Source of the DNA: Oopsacas minuta
Lineage: Eukaryota; Animalia; Porifera
Assembly (NCBI GenBank): GCA_024704765.1
Contig: JAKMXF010000342.1
Span: 62,001-126,000 of the forward strand
Length of the DNA: 64,000 nt
Direction of reading: 5' to 3'
The notes below the pieces were generated by a model, which had not been told where the DNA came from, searched no databases, and saw only the letters and a list, made by a program, of their open reading frames with translations. Each line of letters opens with the position of its first letter. The first letter of the stretch is position 1. Both the position numbers and the translations under genes were made by a program. Of this stretch, positions 40,275-54,066 are shown one piece after another.

Positions 40275-41642
40275 CCGGGTGTTTCAAAAAAATTAGGCCC
40301 CAGTTACATCTTTTTCTCTCTATGTACAGGTATTCTATTATAGCAATATTTTCTCTTCACTATATGGCAGAAACAACTCCTGTGAATACATCCATGCCAA
40401 ATTGGAAGTTGGAACACCGCATATTCTGTGTCGAATTCTACTTCAAACATAGGTCGTTTACGACGGTCAATGAGTTATTTCATGCAAAGTTTGAGGCAGC
40501 TTCCTCGCCCTGTAAGAGTGTGATTCAATCCTGGGTTAGCCATTTTAGGGGTAAGGGACCGTGCTAAACCTAAATACAAAGGATTCCAAGCGTCCAACTC
40601 ATTCTGGGAGACCTAGGAAGAGAACTGCGGAGGTTATTGATGATGTCAGGGAAGAAGTTGGAAACAGCCCAAAAAGGTCAATCCGGAAGAGGAGCCAGTC
40701 TCTTGGTGTCACCCCTACCACCCTCTGGAGAGTCTTGAAACAAGATTTGTCCTTTTTCCCCTATAGAATACAAACTGGCCAGAAGCTATCAAATGTAGAT
40801 AAGGTCAAGAGGGTAGCTATGGCTGAGAAATTGGTCGCCAAAGTTGTAAGTTGTGACTCATTCCTTGGGCTTCTCTTCACCTCGGATGAGGCTCATTTTG
40901 AGCTGGATGGGCGGGTCAATAGTAAGAACAATGTATTTTGGGGTACTCAGAAGCCTTCAGAGATAGTTCAGAAGCCATTACATTCCGAATGATGCACCGT
41001 GTGGGCTGCTATTGGGGCGAGAGGCATCATTGGACCTATTTTCATCGAAGAAAATTGTCGAAATGTGACTGTGACAAAGGAACGCTACGTCAAGGTGCTT
41101 AATGAGTTCTGGAAAGAAGTGGAATCACTCTACCCCTCTCTGCTACCCAAATTATGGTTCCAGCAGGATGGAGCCCCTGCCCATACCTCATTAATTGCTA
41201 GGGAATGGCTTAAAAACCACTTTGGAATCAGAATCACCAGTCGACTGACCCCCTTTGAGTGGGCCCCTCATAGCCCGGACCTGAGCCCCACTGATTTCTA
41301 TCTTTGGGGCTATTTGAAGGATAAAGATATAGCTAACAAACCCCAGAGCATCAGAGAACTAAAAATATCCATTAAGGATGAAATGGGAAAGATTCCAAAG
41401 TCAGTGTGCATGGATGTAATGAAGAATTTTGTGAAAAGACTAAGAAAATGCATGGAAGTTAATGGCGGGCACCTAGAACAAATGCTATAAGTTGGGTATT
41501 TCAGTAATTTCAACCTTTTCCTTTTGTTATATTGTTAAAAAGTAGTATATTTATACTAGTTAGCAATGGTATATCTGAATACATAGAATCGTCTGAAATA
41601 TGGCTCCATGATTTTGGGGCCTGTTTGTTTTGAAACACCCGG
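40275..41642 (+). mobile_element. rosa/DD41D Tc1-like element with one frameshift and one stop
   Basis: TIR ccgggtgtttcaaaa...ggcccc with TA TSD. FTSDEAHF and QQD-(41 aa)-D in SPDLSPTDFYLWG. Lesions near 40560 and at the TGA at 40990-40992. Confidence 0.93.
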
Positions 41643-42361
41643 TATATAGTATTGTAAGCTAGATATTATGTTAGTATACACAATGGTTTTATATCGCACA
41701 AACAGGACTTTATGCCCAAGTAAAAATGTATTACTGATGTGTAGAATATTATGTGCCCAACCAACAAAGCAAAATAAATTCAAAATTTTCCAATTCTTTG
41801 CTTAGTAAGCATTATTTGTAGAAAATGACCAAATGTTTGATTAGATGTAGCACGTTAATAATCGCATCTTTGATTTCAAAGCTTATATGCGAAATGATGC
41901 AAAGATGCTTTAGAAAACATTTTCAAAATTTGTATTGATGAAGTAGCGGTTGTTAGTTACATTAGTGACCATGGATGGTATTAGCAAATTTGTAATATGT
42001 TTCACAAAAGCATATTTAGCATTCCACCATAGCATTCTATACACTAAGGCAAGATTTGGACCATGAATTAATTGAATCTCTCAATATTAGCCTAAAAATT
42101 CAAATGGCGTGATAAAATTACAATGGTACATTTTGACCCAAATACATGTATTATTGATATTTGGCAATACACAAATTCTACATCTATATATTTCCGGGCC
42201 GAAATGACGTCATTTGCTTGCTTATTTAGCAATTATGTTAAAGGAATACTCCAATGTTGAAATGCCTTAATGAGTTAATTAGCAAAGTTATCGTTTCAAA
42301 ATATATACCATCGTATCTAACGATGCTGCCGCACAAAATTTCAAAAATTCTTCATGATAAA

Positions 42362-43156
42362 TTTAGCAAGTTTCAGAGTTATAGTTGTGACCATGGGTGG
42401 CAAATTTGGGCCAATATTTATCCATAACTTGACATCCTTCAATCAGGGCTGGATTGAGTTAGCCGGTTAACCGCCGCTATATATCAGTTAACTGCTTGGA
42501 TAATATATATTCGGTTAACCGAAAAGTGTCATTTCAACCAAAATGTTTAGTGTTCCTGAGCGTTTGAGAGATGCGAAATAAAATATACATGAATTTTGCT
42601 AGTTTGGTATTTATGAGAAGTTACATTTTAGGTCCGTATTCTCAAATTTTAATAGTTTAAAAAGTAAACATCACATCACGATTGTATATATAATAGTTAT
42701 GTATTGATATTTTCAATTATAGTCACAAAACATCATTGATTGTATTAAGAATAAATACAGTGGTTAACCGGTTAAACGGCAATTATCGAAATGATTTTAT
42801 CCGCCTCCTTAATTCGGTTAACCAACCCTAGCCCTACGTCAATACTATGGCCAAACCAACTGACACACAAATAGTATATACCCGACTTTCTATACCCTAA
42901 TAACATATGTTGATATGATATTTCCAAAGAATATTGCGCAGTCATCGATAATACCATATATGGTCATTTTCAAGATTACGTCATAAATACAAGAGATATC
43001 TTATCAAAATGTATTATCAAGGTATGAGAAGTCGGGTATACAGTATTTTGCGTGTCAATTGGTTTGGCCGTAACATTGAAGGATGTCAAATTATGGATGA
43101 ATATTGGCCCAAATATGCCACCCATGGTCACTACTATAACTCTGAAACTCGCTAAC
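42362..43156. repeat. Foldback palindrome (arms about 150 bp) with a hAT-like MITE inserted in the left arm (about 42444-42834)
   Basis: 42362-42443 is about 90% identical to the reverse complement of 43076-43156, and 42835-42905 pairs with 43010-43075. MITE ends cagggctgg...ggttaacc / ggttaaccaaccctagcccta. Confidence 0.8.
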
Positions 43157-43533
43157 ATTATATTTTATTTAGTACAATGTTAAATGAATATACCAAACCG
43201 CACACAGATTTCAACAATTTCGCATTCAATGGAAATACTGAGATTTTCATTGTGTGACCGCTAATTTGATAAAATTTGGCCCGAGAATTTTAATTTCCAG
43301 AGTGCGTAGAAATCACAAATATGGCCATATGGCCCCAAATGTATTGTTCTTAGAAAACACCCATTGAATTCTTCCTCTATTCAATAAGCTTTCTGATATT
43401 ATTTTCAATTATAATTATTAAGTCATATATGCTGAAAATATGAAGAATGATTAAATAAATAACAAATTTTTAAATTGGCTAAAAATAGACATAAAATAGA
43501 TCCAAGACTTAGATAATAGGGAATTATCTAGAA

Positions 43534-45809
43534 AGGTGTTTGCAACCTTTTCGAAGAGGGGGCCACATTCCAACTTTATTTCATATAAAGTTTCGATGGA
43601 TAAATGTGAACTGTTATAATTTGCAATTAATTAAAAGAGAGTTTAAATCGCTATTTACTACTTTACTCTTGAAATTTAATGAGATATTGGGCATTGTTTT
43701 TGCTTGCATAGGTGGTCAATGTCTGCCGGCACACTTGATATAGCGATACGAATTATTCCGTCAAGATATTCATCTGCCAATTTAGATCTCGTATTTATTG
43801 TGACGTTTTTACTGTGCTGACTATACTTTAGTATAGTAGCCCAGTATTGAAATGGGAGCCTATTTTTTCTTCTCCGCGAAAGCCCTGCAGCCAAAACTGA
43901 ATAGATTAAGGTGATATATGGTGTGGGAAATATTGAAGATATTCGTCGGGTGTGCATCTCCCCTTTGTTGATCAATTGGACACCAAGGGCCACTTTTCAC
44001 ACTGGTCAAACTTTTGTCTGGCCCCAAGCAAAAAAAAGGAAAGGTGCCAAAATTTTCACACCTTTCGAAGGAGAAAAAATTCTTTTTCATCTTGAAAAAA
44101 ACTGTTAGCAGAGTATGTGCTGCCTAACAAGGAAATTCAGCGAAGTGCAAATTGCAAGATTTTGGACAGGACGCTGAGGTATATATTTACGATAAAATGA
44201 TAGAGATCACGTTCAGCGAAAGCCCTCTTCAAATCAGTTTCACGTTGAATGTTAATTAGTTCCAATTGGGACATGGCGTGAGAATCATTGACTTCAATCC
44301 TATATGGATCTGAAAACAGTTTCAGTTCATTAGTGTTCCCTGAAATCCGCAAACCTTTGTTCAAATTCATTTCTTAGAATTCCGATGAGAGCGGGATTAC
44401 TTTTCATACTTACTATCGTTCCATCCCTAGTTGATAGAGTTGTGAAATGTATAACTTTCTTGTTCATCAACTGTGTATGAATCAATTCTAATTTTGAATG
44501 TACGCTTGTGCATGTTCATACTGTTTGTTGAACATTGCTCCTTCCTTGTAGCTTCACATTAAGTTCCGCAAGATACTTGGTAATATCAAGTAGAAATGCT
44601 AAGTCATTTAACCCTTGATCATCTTCCATAAAGCTTACGTCCTTTTCTTTGCTCTTCATAAAGAATTTATTTCTTCAAGTAGGGAATAGAATCTGGCAAG
44701 GGTGGCCGGCTCTGCTGAGCCAGCGAACATGGCTGAAATATATGAAATCGTCGTGGTCAGATCCTACTTCTGCAAGATAGGCCTGAAATTTTATGTGATT
44801 GAGTCCCTTAGATCTAATGAAATTGACTGTAGAAACAACTTTTTTCATCACATATTTCATTTCCAGTGTTTTTAGACACAGTAGTTGTTGGTGAATGATT
44901 CAGTGATGTGTAATGACTTCATGAGATACATATTTAAGCATTAGACTTGTGAATCCTTTAGGCTTTCCAATCATCGCAGGGGCCCCACCAGTTCTTATGC
45001 CACAAAGTTTGCCCGGACTTAGATCGAGTTCATCTTTTCATGTTTACTTCGTCGAAAATGTCTTGTCCTGTTGTGCCTTTAATCGGACATAGGTCGAGTA
45101 GTTCTTCAACGACTTCAAAACCTTTGGTCACTCTTCTTATAAATATTGCGAATTGAGCTGTATCACACACATCTGTGCTTTCATCGATGGCTAGACTATA
45201 AAATTGACAGGGACCGAGTCTCTTGATCAAAGTATTTTGAATATTGGTGCTAGGTCGTCCACTCTTCTTAGCAACGGTCTGAGATGAAAGGCTGGTTTTC
45301 TCTACCATTTACTATTAGTCAAGACATACTTCAGATGTAAATATGTCCAAACAGTCTTTCACAAATTCTCCATAAGATAATGGTTTCCTCTCTTCGCTAT
45401 TGCTTCTGTTATTATAATGCTGACTTTGCTAGCTGCCTTAGAACTTTGTCTTGCAGCTCTGAAAAACGATTGCTGACCGATAATGTTCTGTTTCAGCGAG
45501 TTGACTCGATCAATTCTATCTGACCGTTGAGCATGTCGAAATTTTGATCATGTCTCGTAGAATAATGTCGTTTGACACGGTATTCATTGAAAACAACTAT
45601 TTTCTCTTGACATATCAGGCACAATATGACCTCATTATGCTCGATTACAAAATAATCATTCGTTCAAGATCCTTTGAAAAGTCGACATTCTCCATCAATA
45701 AGATGGCAGATGCATGAAAAGATGTCGCTTGATGTAGTCATTTTGGTATTGGAAGTAATGGTCTACGCTCGTTTTACAAGCTAGGCAGGCCGTAAGTTGA
45801 AAACCCCTT
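43534..45809 (-). mobile_element. hAT element (GTF2IRD2/SPIN-Charlie-like transposase pseudogene), TSD ATCTAGAA
   Basis: FYSLAIDESTDVCDTAQFAIFIR, VVSTVNFIRSKGLNH and SHVRWLSR. TIRs aggtgtttgcaac / gttgaaaacccctt. ATCTAGAA flanks both sides; the boundary is ambiguous by 1 bp. Confidence 0.85.
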
Positions 45810-46732
45810 ATCTAGAAAATATACACCTAGAACTAGTGCAAGTGTATTGAGTAAGTTCTACTGATTATATAATGGTTACTAAGTAAGAATTCATGGATTA
45901 CATAGACTTTGTATTAGCACAGAATTTACAGTTCCATCCTCGCTAATCTGAAATTCGTTAATCCGATTCCTCGCTTATCCGAACAGGCTAAAAATCTTAT
46001 ACAACTTTTGGAAAATTTAGTAAAATGTTCAAACATAACTATTTGTATAATTCTACTGGAGACAAATACATATTACTATATCACAGTGTTACACATGTTG
46101 GCAGCCTTATCATCATTTGTACATCTTTTGTAACAATGTCCCATAGATCCTATAGTATTGTTTCAATACATTATTTAATCCGAATGAAATATAGAAATTG
46201 AAACAGCGCTGTTCAGATTAGTGAGGTTGTATTGTATTCACTATCGTAGAGTTAATTCTTTACCGAATGACTTGAAATTCCAGCTTATTGCTTTTAGAAA
46301 ACAACCGCCCTTGTTTGTGTACTTCTGCCTGGACAACCGCTATTACAGTATAAACTACCGATTCAAATAAAATATTGCTGATTTCGTCTAGGGTTTGGGT
46401 ATCTAACATATTCATATTTAATGAGCATATTGAAAAGTCACTTACAATGATCTCCTAATTTATGTTATCGTTTAGCTAACATTTAACTAGATTTTAGCTG
46501 AATTTAACCGAATGTGTAATAACACTGAATATTTTCAGTCAAATTTTTCAGAATTTCTGAAAAAGTAAAATGAACCAATAATGGCAGGTGTTAAATAGTT
46601 AGCAAGTGCTGAAATTTGTGACGTAATCGAAAAATCGGTATAAAATGGTTGAGATAACAAATGGGCAGACTTTATAATCAAAATTTTTGTTCACGATATT
46701 TTTCCGATCAGTTTCTGAAATTTATAAGCATA

Positions 46733-49348
46733 TCCTATAGGGAGATACTCTATTATTGGGTCCGTCCTTCCGTCTCCGATATGCAAAGTCTACCTGTCTG
46801 ATTGCCATGAAAATTAGTGCCTATTTGATATACATTCTAGGGCAGGGGTGGGCAAACATTTTGCTTCGCGGGCCGCATTCTAATTCCAAATTTTTATGCG
46901 GGCCGTATTCACCTACGAGGTTACAACTACGTTCCATGTGGTAATTTATTAGAGAAACTAACTAGCTAATTGTAAAATAAACAATAATCATAAATAATAA
47001 TTTTTCTAAAGTGTTTAATGAGAGCAATGCAGTTGATTTTGCATTTTTATTAGTTTGTCAAAATTTGGTTCTTTTGGTGATATAGCAATTCTCATAGGCT
47101 GATCAAGGTGTTCATCCGTCATTTCAGATCTTGATTTATCCTTGACGAACTTCATCCTGGAGAAAGCCTGCTCACATACATACAAAGAGAACAAGAATCT
47201 TACGAGCCAGAGATTTTAAACGTGGAAATGTGGCATCGTTCAGGGATGCATAAAAACATGAGAGTGACATCTCTCGAAAATTATCCTTGAGTAAGTTGTC
47301 ACTCTGCAAATCTAGAATTTCCATTTGCAGATAAGTGGGTATTCCCTCTACTTCAACTGAAAAAGGCCTAGAAACAATGGACATATCTACATTTACAAGA
47401 TCGAAATCTCCGAATCTTTCGGAAAATTCCTTGTGCAGATCTTGAAGCTTTGACGCGTAGTATCCCAGCTTGTTACCACAAACTGATGTCTGTTTGAGTG
47501 TAGGCATATGGTCACAGTTACCTTTGTTCATTCCTGCATAAATGAGCTGCAATTTGGCTTTGAAGGCCTCCACCTTTGCATGTATATTGTGAGCCAACAT
47601 ATCCTGGCCTTGCAAGTGGGTATTTAGCTCGTTCATGTACTCCATTATGTCAACTGCAAGTGCGAAGTCAGACAACCACTCGCTATCATTTAGCTCAGGG
47701 AAGTCTGAAGCCTTATCTTTCATGGTCAGGAAGAGGTTTATTTCTTCGCTCAACTCCCAAACTCTTTTGAATACTTTTCCCAGACTCAATCATCTTGCTT
47801 TCGTATGATAGGGGACATCAGCATATGGTGCTTCCATATCTCGCAGAAAAGCTTGAAACTGCCTATGATTTAGCCCTCGAGCTTTGATGTAATTGACAAC
47901 CTTTGTCACTACATCAGAAACATTCGTCAAACCAAGAGCACTCTTGCATAAGGCATGCTGGTGGATAATACAGTGCAAGAATATTATATTTTGGTCCGGA
48001 TTCTCAATGTGGAGTTGATCCTGAAGCTTTTTTAGTAATCCAATATGTTTTCCTTTTAGGTTGGGGCTACTATCAGTTGTGACGCTCACTAGCTTATCCC
48101 ACGAAATTCCCAGTTTCCCGATGCACACATTAACTGCCTTTAACAAATCTGTACCAGTAGTTGTACTTTTCAATGGCTCCATTGATGCGAGCTCTTCTAA
48201 TATTTTAAAGTTAAAGTCAATTGTACGAATAAATATTAGCAGCTGGGCAGTGTCCTTGGTATCAGTGCTCTCATCAAGGGCCAAAGAGAAGCAGATACAG
48301 TCTCTACATTCATCCTTGACTTGACCATGTAAATCTGCTGAGATTTCTTCTACTCTGCGGGTAATTGTTCTTCTGGAAAGACTGACACAGTCAAATGTTT
48401 TCGTCTCTTTAGGACAGAGAATATCAGAGCATGCCAGCAGACAGTCCTGAGCAATTTTATGAGCTACTACAAAACTAGCTCTGGTTACTGCCTCATTGAA
48501 ACGAGTCTGAGTTGTGAACACTTGTTGTTGCTTAAGCAAAGAATGTGTCTGTTTCTCAGCTAATGCTTTCTTCTCTGACTCTGACATATTTATGTGAACT
48601 CTCGCATGTTGTGTGTCATAGCGACGTCTGACATTGTACTCCTTGTATACTGCCAGACTCTCATTACAAAGCAAACTAACACATCGGCCATTCACTCATG
48701 TAAAGAAATATTTTCCTCGCCACTCTTCATTGAAAACGCGACATTCCTTATCCACCTTTCTTTTCTTTGAAATTTTCGAAGCCATAGCAAGATAAAGTAC
48801 TATTAATAAAAACTAAAAACGAATTCATTAATAGGTCAGGAAAAAATCTCGGAATCTCGCCCACAGAAATATCGTAATTTGAAATTTTGTCCGAGGAAAT
48901 TTCGTCCCAAACAGAATAAAAACTGAATGTCAATTACACATATATACTAGCTTAATGTAATTTATAAAGAACATAAAAAATGACTCAAAAGACAATCAAG
49001 TTCTCTTACAAATGCGAGAAAGACGTTCACTTTGGGTCAATTTATACGTATCCTAGATCACTTAATCAAATTTTCCCTGGGACGTTATCTCCGAAAACGT
49101 AAAACGTAAGGAAGAGTAAGACAGTTATCATATAATTGGAGCACTCAAATCTCAAATATCTTAAGCCAGGCGGGTCGTAGTTTGCCCACCCCTGTTCTAG
49201 GGTCTAGATTCTCAAAATTTCTATTATGTCTTCCCAAAACGATCGAGAATATTATAAAAATTTTTCTGATCGTGATTGGGCGATCAATGATCCAACGATA
49301 CTAATGCCCAATTTATTATCCGGTTCCGTGTAGCGAACTGTCCAGTAG
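46733..49348 (+). repeat. Non-autonomous, possibly Helitron-like, repeat split by the hAT at 46843-49194
   Basis: Starts tcctatagggagatactc and ends in hairpin-like ccggttccgtgtagcgaactgtccagtag-t. Continuous after removing the hAT. Confidence 0.35.
46843..49194 (-). mobile_element. Full-length hAT element (GTF2IRD2/SPIN-like), 15-bp perfect TIR, 8-bp TSD TTCTAGGG; transposase has a stop and frameshift(s)
   Basis: caggggtgggcaaac / gtttgcccacccctg. TTCTAGGG at 46835-46842 and 49195-49202. MASKISKKRKVDKECRVFNEEW then TGA. ORFs 47790-48695 and 47172-47789 contain SLALDESTD and HCIIHQ. Confidence 0.95.
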
Positions 49349-51330
49349 TGAACTCTGCGTGTCCCAAAAAATGCCCACGATAAGAATATGCACCCGGGGG
49401 CTTCCGGTGGGTGGATATTACGACCTTGTCTTTCTATATTTTACTGCTCTGTAATATTATCATCTAACTAATAACCTTGTTTTCAGTAGATAGTGAGAAT
49501 CAATTAGAAGAGGTCTATTGTATTTACATTCTAAATTCAATAGTCTTTTTTTCTTTTCATCATTTCATGCTTTTTGTAGTATTTTCTTATCCTAGATGGT
49601 TCAGCCTCTAAATAATACTAACAATATTTCATTTGCTGATGGTTATATATCTAATCCTTTCTCTATCTCTGATAATGACGGATTTATGATTTCCAAATCT
49701 CCCATCGTCCATTCTTTGAGAGAATTACCTAAACGTACAATCTTGAATTATGTGAGTTGCTCAATTACATGATTTTGAGTTTTCTCTACCCACTGTCACT
49801 ATTGAAATGTGTGCTTATCTAGAGAGATTTGTATTACATTTTCATAGTAGGTATTATTAATGCTCAGTGGGCAGAATCGGGATTTTAACTTCGAATTGAC
49901 ATTTTGGTTAGTTTTGGAGGAAATTTATTATTCACTACTGAGTTATCAACCCTTTGGATTCAGTTTATATTTTCAAATTTCGTTATCAATCTTCAATTTT
50001 TCTAGTAGTGAACGTCATCGAGAATAATTAAATTCAGATTAAACATTGTTAGCCAATTGTAACTGCTAAGTGTAAGTCTGCGAATATTTTAAGATTTCAA
50101 GTATTTATTTACTCTGTATTCATAAAAACAATAATAAAATTACATACTATTCACTCAAAAGTGTGATCAGATTCAGCATATTGATATATTGAGTCAATTT
50201 TTATTGAATTCTGTTTATATTCTTCATAAACACGATCAATACATAGTTATTCGACATCTCAGAATTGAGAAATTAGAATTCAATACAACTTTAAATAATT
50301 ACTTCCTTGACAACGAGCAAAAAGAGAAAAATTGCAATTATATAATATAGATGAAGTGCATGCATTTGTCAGAATACTCGTGATTGTCACTTGTCAGAAT
50401 TAATATTCCAATGGTTATGGAATGATCAGGCATGCTAACAAGCCCAGCAAACTTCCATCCAGCTCACAGGCTCCTGATCTAACTCGAATCAAATCAATAT
50501 CGATCACTGCTGTTAAATAGTTTCATTATATGTTCATTTTCTCACCTTTAGGAAAGCTAGCTAGATAATCACATCAAAATCCAATTCTTTATTCTGACAA
50601 GTCACAGTCAACCAAATAGATTCCGACAAGTGAATAATTTTACAATTATCGAGTTATATTTGGATATCCATAAATTGTGTCATCTATGGTCTCTACTGAG
50701 TCCCTCAGCCGACACCGCTAACTTTTGTATTACATATTTTTGTTACAAATAATTATACTTTGACAGAATATGGTAGGAATCTGATAACTACATAAATAGT
50801 GTGACTTTTAGTTTATACTTACGAGTATCTATATTCTAGAAATTTACTTATATTTTGTAAAAAAATTTAACTTTGTAATGAATTTTTGGAGTATCTTGAA
50901 TATTGATAGTTGGCGATTTCCATCTTTGTCCATTTCTATGGTTTCTACCAGGGTTAACTTCTACTAAACTTTAAGTATTATACCACTGAAATTGCATTCT
51001 CAAACGGCAGTCTGGTAGAATTCTTCTATCCCCCGAGAGTTATTCGGTGAAAAAACTTGAGATTTTGGCTCTCTGCATAGCCCTGAATAACACTAAGGTT
51101 TCAATTAATCTTACCTATTATCTATGTTAATTGTCTATAGGTAATTTTTTAATCTTTCTTCTCCCTACGAGTTTTGGAGATACGTTTTGTAGCCTTCTCT
51201 GCATTGAATAGCTCCTCGCAGCTCCCAGAAACGTGATGGCAAGGATATGTATGTTACTAATGCTTTATAGAGGTTTAGAAACAAAATTTTCATTATGGGC
51301 TTCAATTGAATTCTCAGCTCATGTATGGTT

Positions 51331-54066
51331 CACAGTGGGCAAATAGGTGGAGAGATATCTTTAGACATGCTCAGTTTGTTTAGATTTTGTCACAATTGTG
51401 TTCAGAATGGTACGAGAAATCTGAATTATATAACTGTAGGCCTTGAATTAATTTAGTTATGGTAGATCCTTAGGGATGTAAAATATCAGTTTTAAATAAG
51501 GTTACAATTTTGTCGTTTCTTAACCAAAACTGTGCTATTTTGAATAGATTAAGTGACAATTGAGTGATTGCTTTGAACTTTACTTTATGATATGGTCAAA
51601 ACCTTGAGTATCTCTTGATATTATACCAGTATGTAGTTTTGTTCAAACTTATCTTAAAAATTGACTTAAAAGTTTTGGGAATATTTAGCTTGAACATGTC
51701 CGCTCCATCCATGTATTGTCCGAAATTTATGGTAACCAGTTAATTTATATGAATATTTCGTAAGTTATCGATATTGGTTTGAAATTTCCATGTCTCCAAA
51801 TGCGCTGAAAGCGCCTAAGACAAGTTTATTCTTTTGACTGACCTCGACTTGCATATACTACGGGCGTTCAATATATTCTGATCACTGTTTTACTGTGGGA
51901 ATTTATACCACAACAATAATATATTGATATTTGAATATGAATACTGAATCCTCTGTCTACAAGCTAGTATTGATTTTTCATTATCGCTTAAAAACTCAAC
52001 AAGTTATATCAAATTTTACAACAGGTGTTTTGTATACTATACCTTTATGACATCACTTGGCAGGAATTCTAAAATCGAGCAAAGAGCTTAGGTCAAGATT
52101 CGTCTCCCCTCGGGAAATCTGCACACAAGATACATCTTGATTTGGTTCAAGTTTATACTACAAAAGGTGCTCTGTGTTATGTAGGAGTTAGAAGATGGGC
52201 TCAGCGTTTCAGGCTGGGAAGAAAGTCTATCTAAGATGACCCTTAGCCTGGAGCACCAATTACGGCTGCATCTCCAAATAAATCGTGCGCTATCAAGAAA
52301 CTGATAGACCGAGACCCACATATAACTATCAGAGAACTTTCTAATAGTGTTGGCATCTCGATGGAAAGTGTAGACCACATTTTAAGATCACAGCTCAAGT
52401 TGACGAAGGTTTGTGCAAGATGGGTCCTACATTTGCTCACAAAGGCCCAGAAAGATACAAGGGTGAGATGTTGTCGTAATCTCCTGAAATCCTACAAAGA
52501 ATGCGATCTGCGAAGATTATTTGAGATAGTGACTGGTTATGAGACATGGGTTCAGTATAACACACCTTTTTCCAAACAAGCAAATAAAGTGCGAATAGGA
52601 AAGCACTCGGACCCTCCGATGATATCGCTTCCTGATTTCAGATCATCGAGGATCACGTATTGCATAATTTTTGATGCACATGGCCCAGTGGCCCAGGTGA
52701 TAGTTTCAAAGGGACAAACTGTTACTGGAAGCTTCTACACCAGTAATTGTCTTGGTACAGTCGAAGAAAGCTTGTTGAAGAAGAGAAAAAGAACTGGTGC
52801 TCAGGGTTGTGATTGTTACATGATAATGCCCGTCCTTACAAAACCAAGCAATTCAAAGGAAAAATCCAAAAGATGAGGATGATTGAGCTTGAACATCCAC
52901 CCTACAGCCCAGATCTATCTCCTTGTGATTTCTAGCACTTCCCTAAGCTTAAGGAATACCTCTCTGGTCGTCATTTTAACAACAGCGCAGAACTGGGATC
53001 GGGAATTTTCCTGTATCTAAAACAGATCCCTCCGGAGGACTATAGAACCATTTTTATACAATGGTTGGAGCCTCTTCAACACTGTATTAATAACGGTGGG
53101 AATATTTCGACAAAATTAAACACTGATAGTTTGTGTACAACATTTGGGTACTTTTGGAGGTAGTGATCAGAACTTATTGAACACCCGTAGTATTTTTTTA
53201 GAAATTCTCTCTTAAAATTCAATATTTTATTATTGAATTTTTAATTATGCCTGAAATGAATAATCCAGGAACCATTGAATGTCTTATTTCAAAAGCATCT
53301 TGTTGAGTGGTCATTGTTAATTTTATTTGCATCTTTAGATTATTAAAGTCTTAACTTCGTAATATTCAGAGAAAATTCATAGATCCCAATGAAAGCAAAT
53401 CCATTTATCCTAAAAGAGTTGACGTGTTCACTTGTGAGAAATTCTTTCCATTCATGCATTCTTGAACTACCTTCAATTACGAATATTTAGTGATAAAGTA
53501 ATATTTAAACAGATCTATCCAAAGATATAAGAAATCCCTCTGTGAATTAACAATTAAAGGCGCCACTTCTAAATTTATTGCTGAACTTTCGAATAGAGAA
53601 GACGTTGATACCAAATCGATCGCTTCTTATTGCCTTCAGCTTGCTTCAAATGCATCTTACCACTAAATAGACTGTGCATATAGCCTCACAAACTACAAAC
53701 ATACTAATATTTCCTTCTCACCTAATCCTGATAAATCAATCCCACGATCTATAAAAACTCGCCCTATACTTTTGAGTTAGAATCTTATTTATATTGTTGA
53801 TTTTAGCTGAAAATCTTCTCTTGTCAAAACCCTTCTTCAAATAAAGTTATTTATTTATTTAATGAAGAATTCATGATTAGCATTGAATTTCCTGCAATTT
53901 ACTAGGTCACATGGATGTTTCTCACGACTTTTTGAATGGAATCAATCTAAAGTTATCTATTCTCATCTCAATCACTTGATGCTTTAAGCAATTTTGCCCC
54001 GTTAGGCCTTGTAAATTAACTCGCTCTATTTCTTTGCAAACTGAATTTTGATCTGACAATATGTGA
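51331..54066 (+). mobile_element. Third, decayed RAG1-like/Transib element E3 (5' end plus N-terminal remnant)
   Basis: CACAGTG + 10 bp + TGGAGAGAT at 51331. 53529-53651 translates to KKSLCELTIKGATSKFIAELSNREDVDTKSIASYCLQLASN, similar to E2 KKSLADLTTKG...VAENEHVTPKTLATYLLLLCRN. 3' part not found. Confidence 0.6.
51858..53190 (+). mobile_element. Full-length mariner (DD34D) element, frameshifted
   Basis: TIR ctacgggcgttcaata / tattgaacacccgtag with TA TSD. CARWVLHLLT, IVTGYETWV, HDNARP and EHPPYSPDLSPCDF. Confidence 0.93.

Noticed and set aside
42042-42213. CACTAAG plus ATGACGTCAT as a fourth RAG1-like end
   Set aside because: The motif lies at 163 bp rather than 148 bp, there is no distal box or partner end, and it falls within another repeat.
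8039-46088. Other CACAGTG/CACTGTG heptamers (8039, 15485, 46082)
   Set aside because: No GCAC/GGC continuation, distal box, partner end or TSD. Expected by chance.
49863-49900. Possible further Transib-like end CTCAGTGGGCAGAATCGG
   Set aside because: Heptamer mismatch, no TGGAA box at 10 or 19 bp, and no partner end or TSD found.
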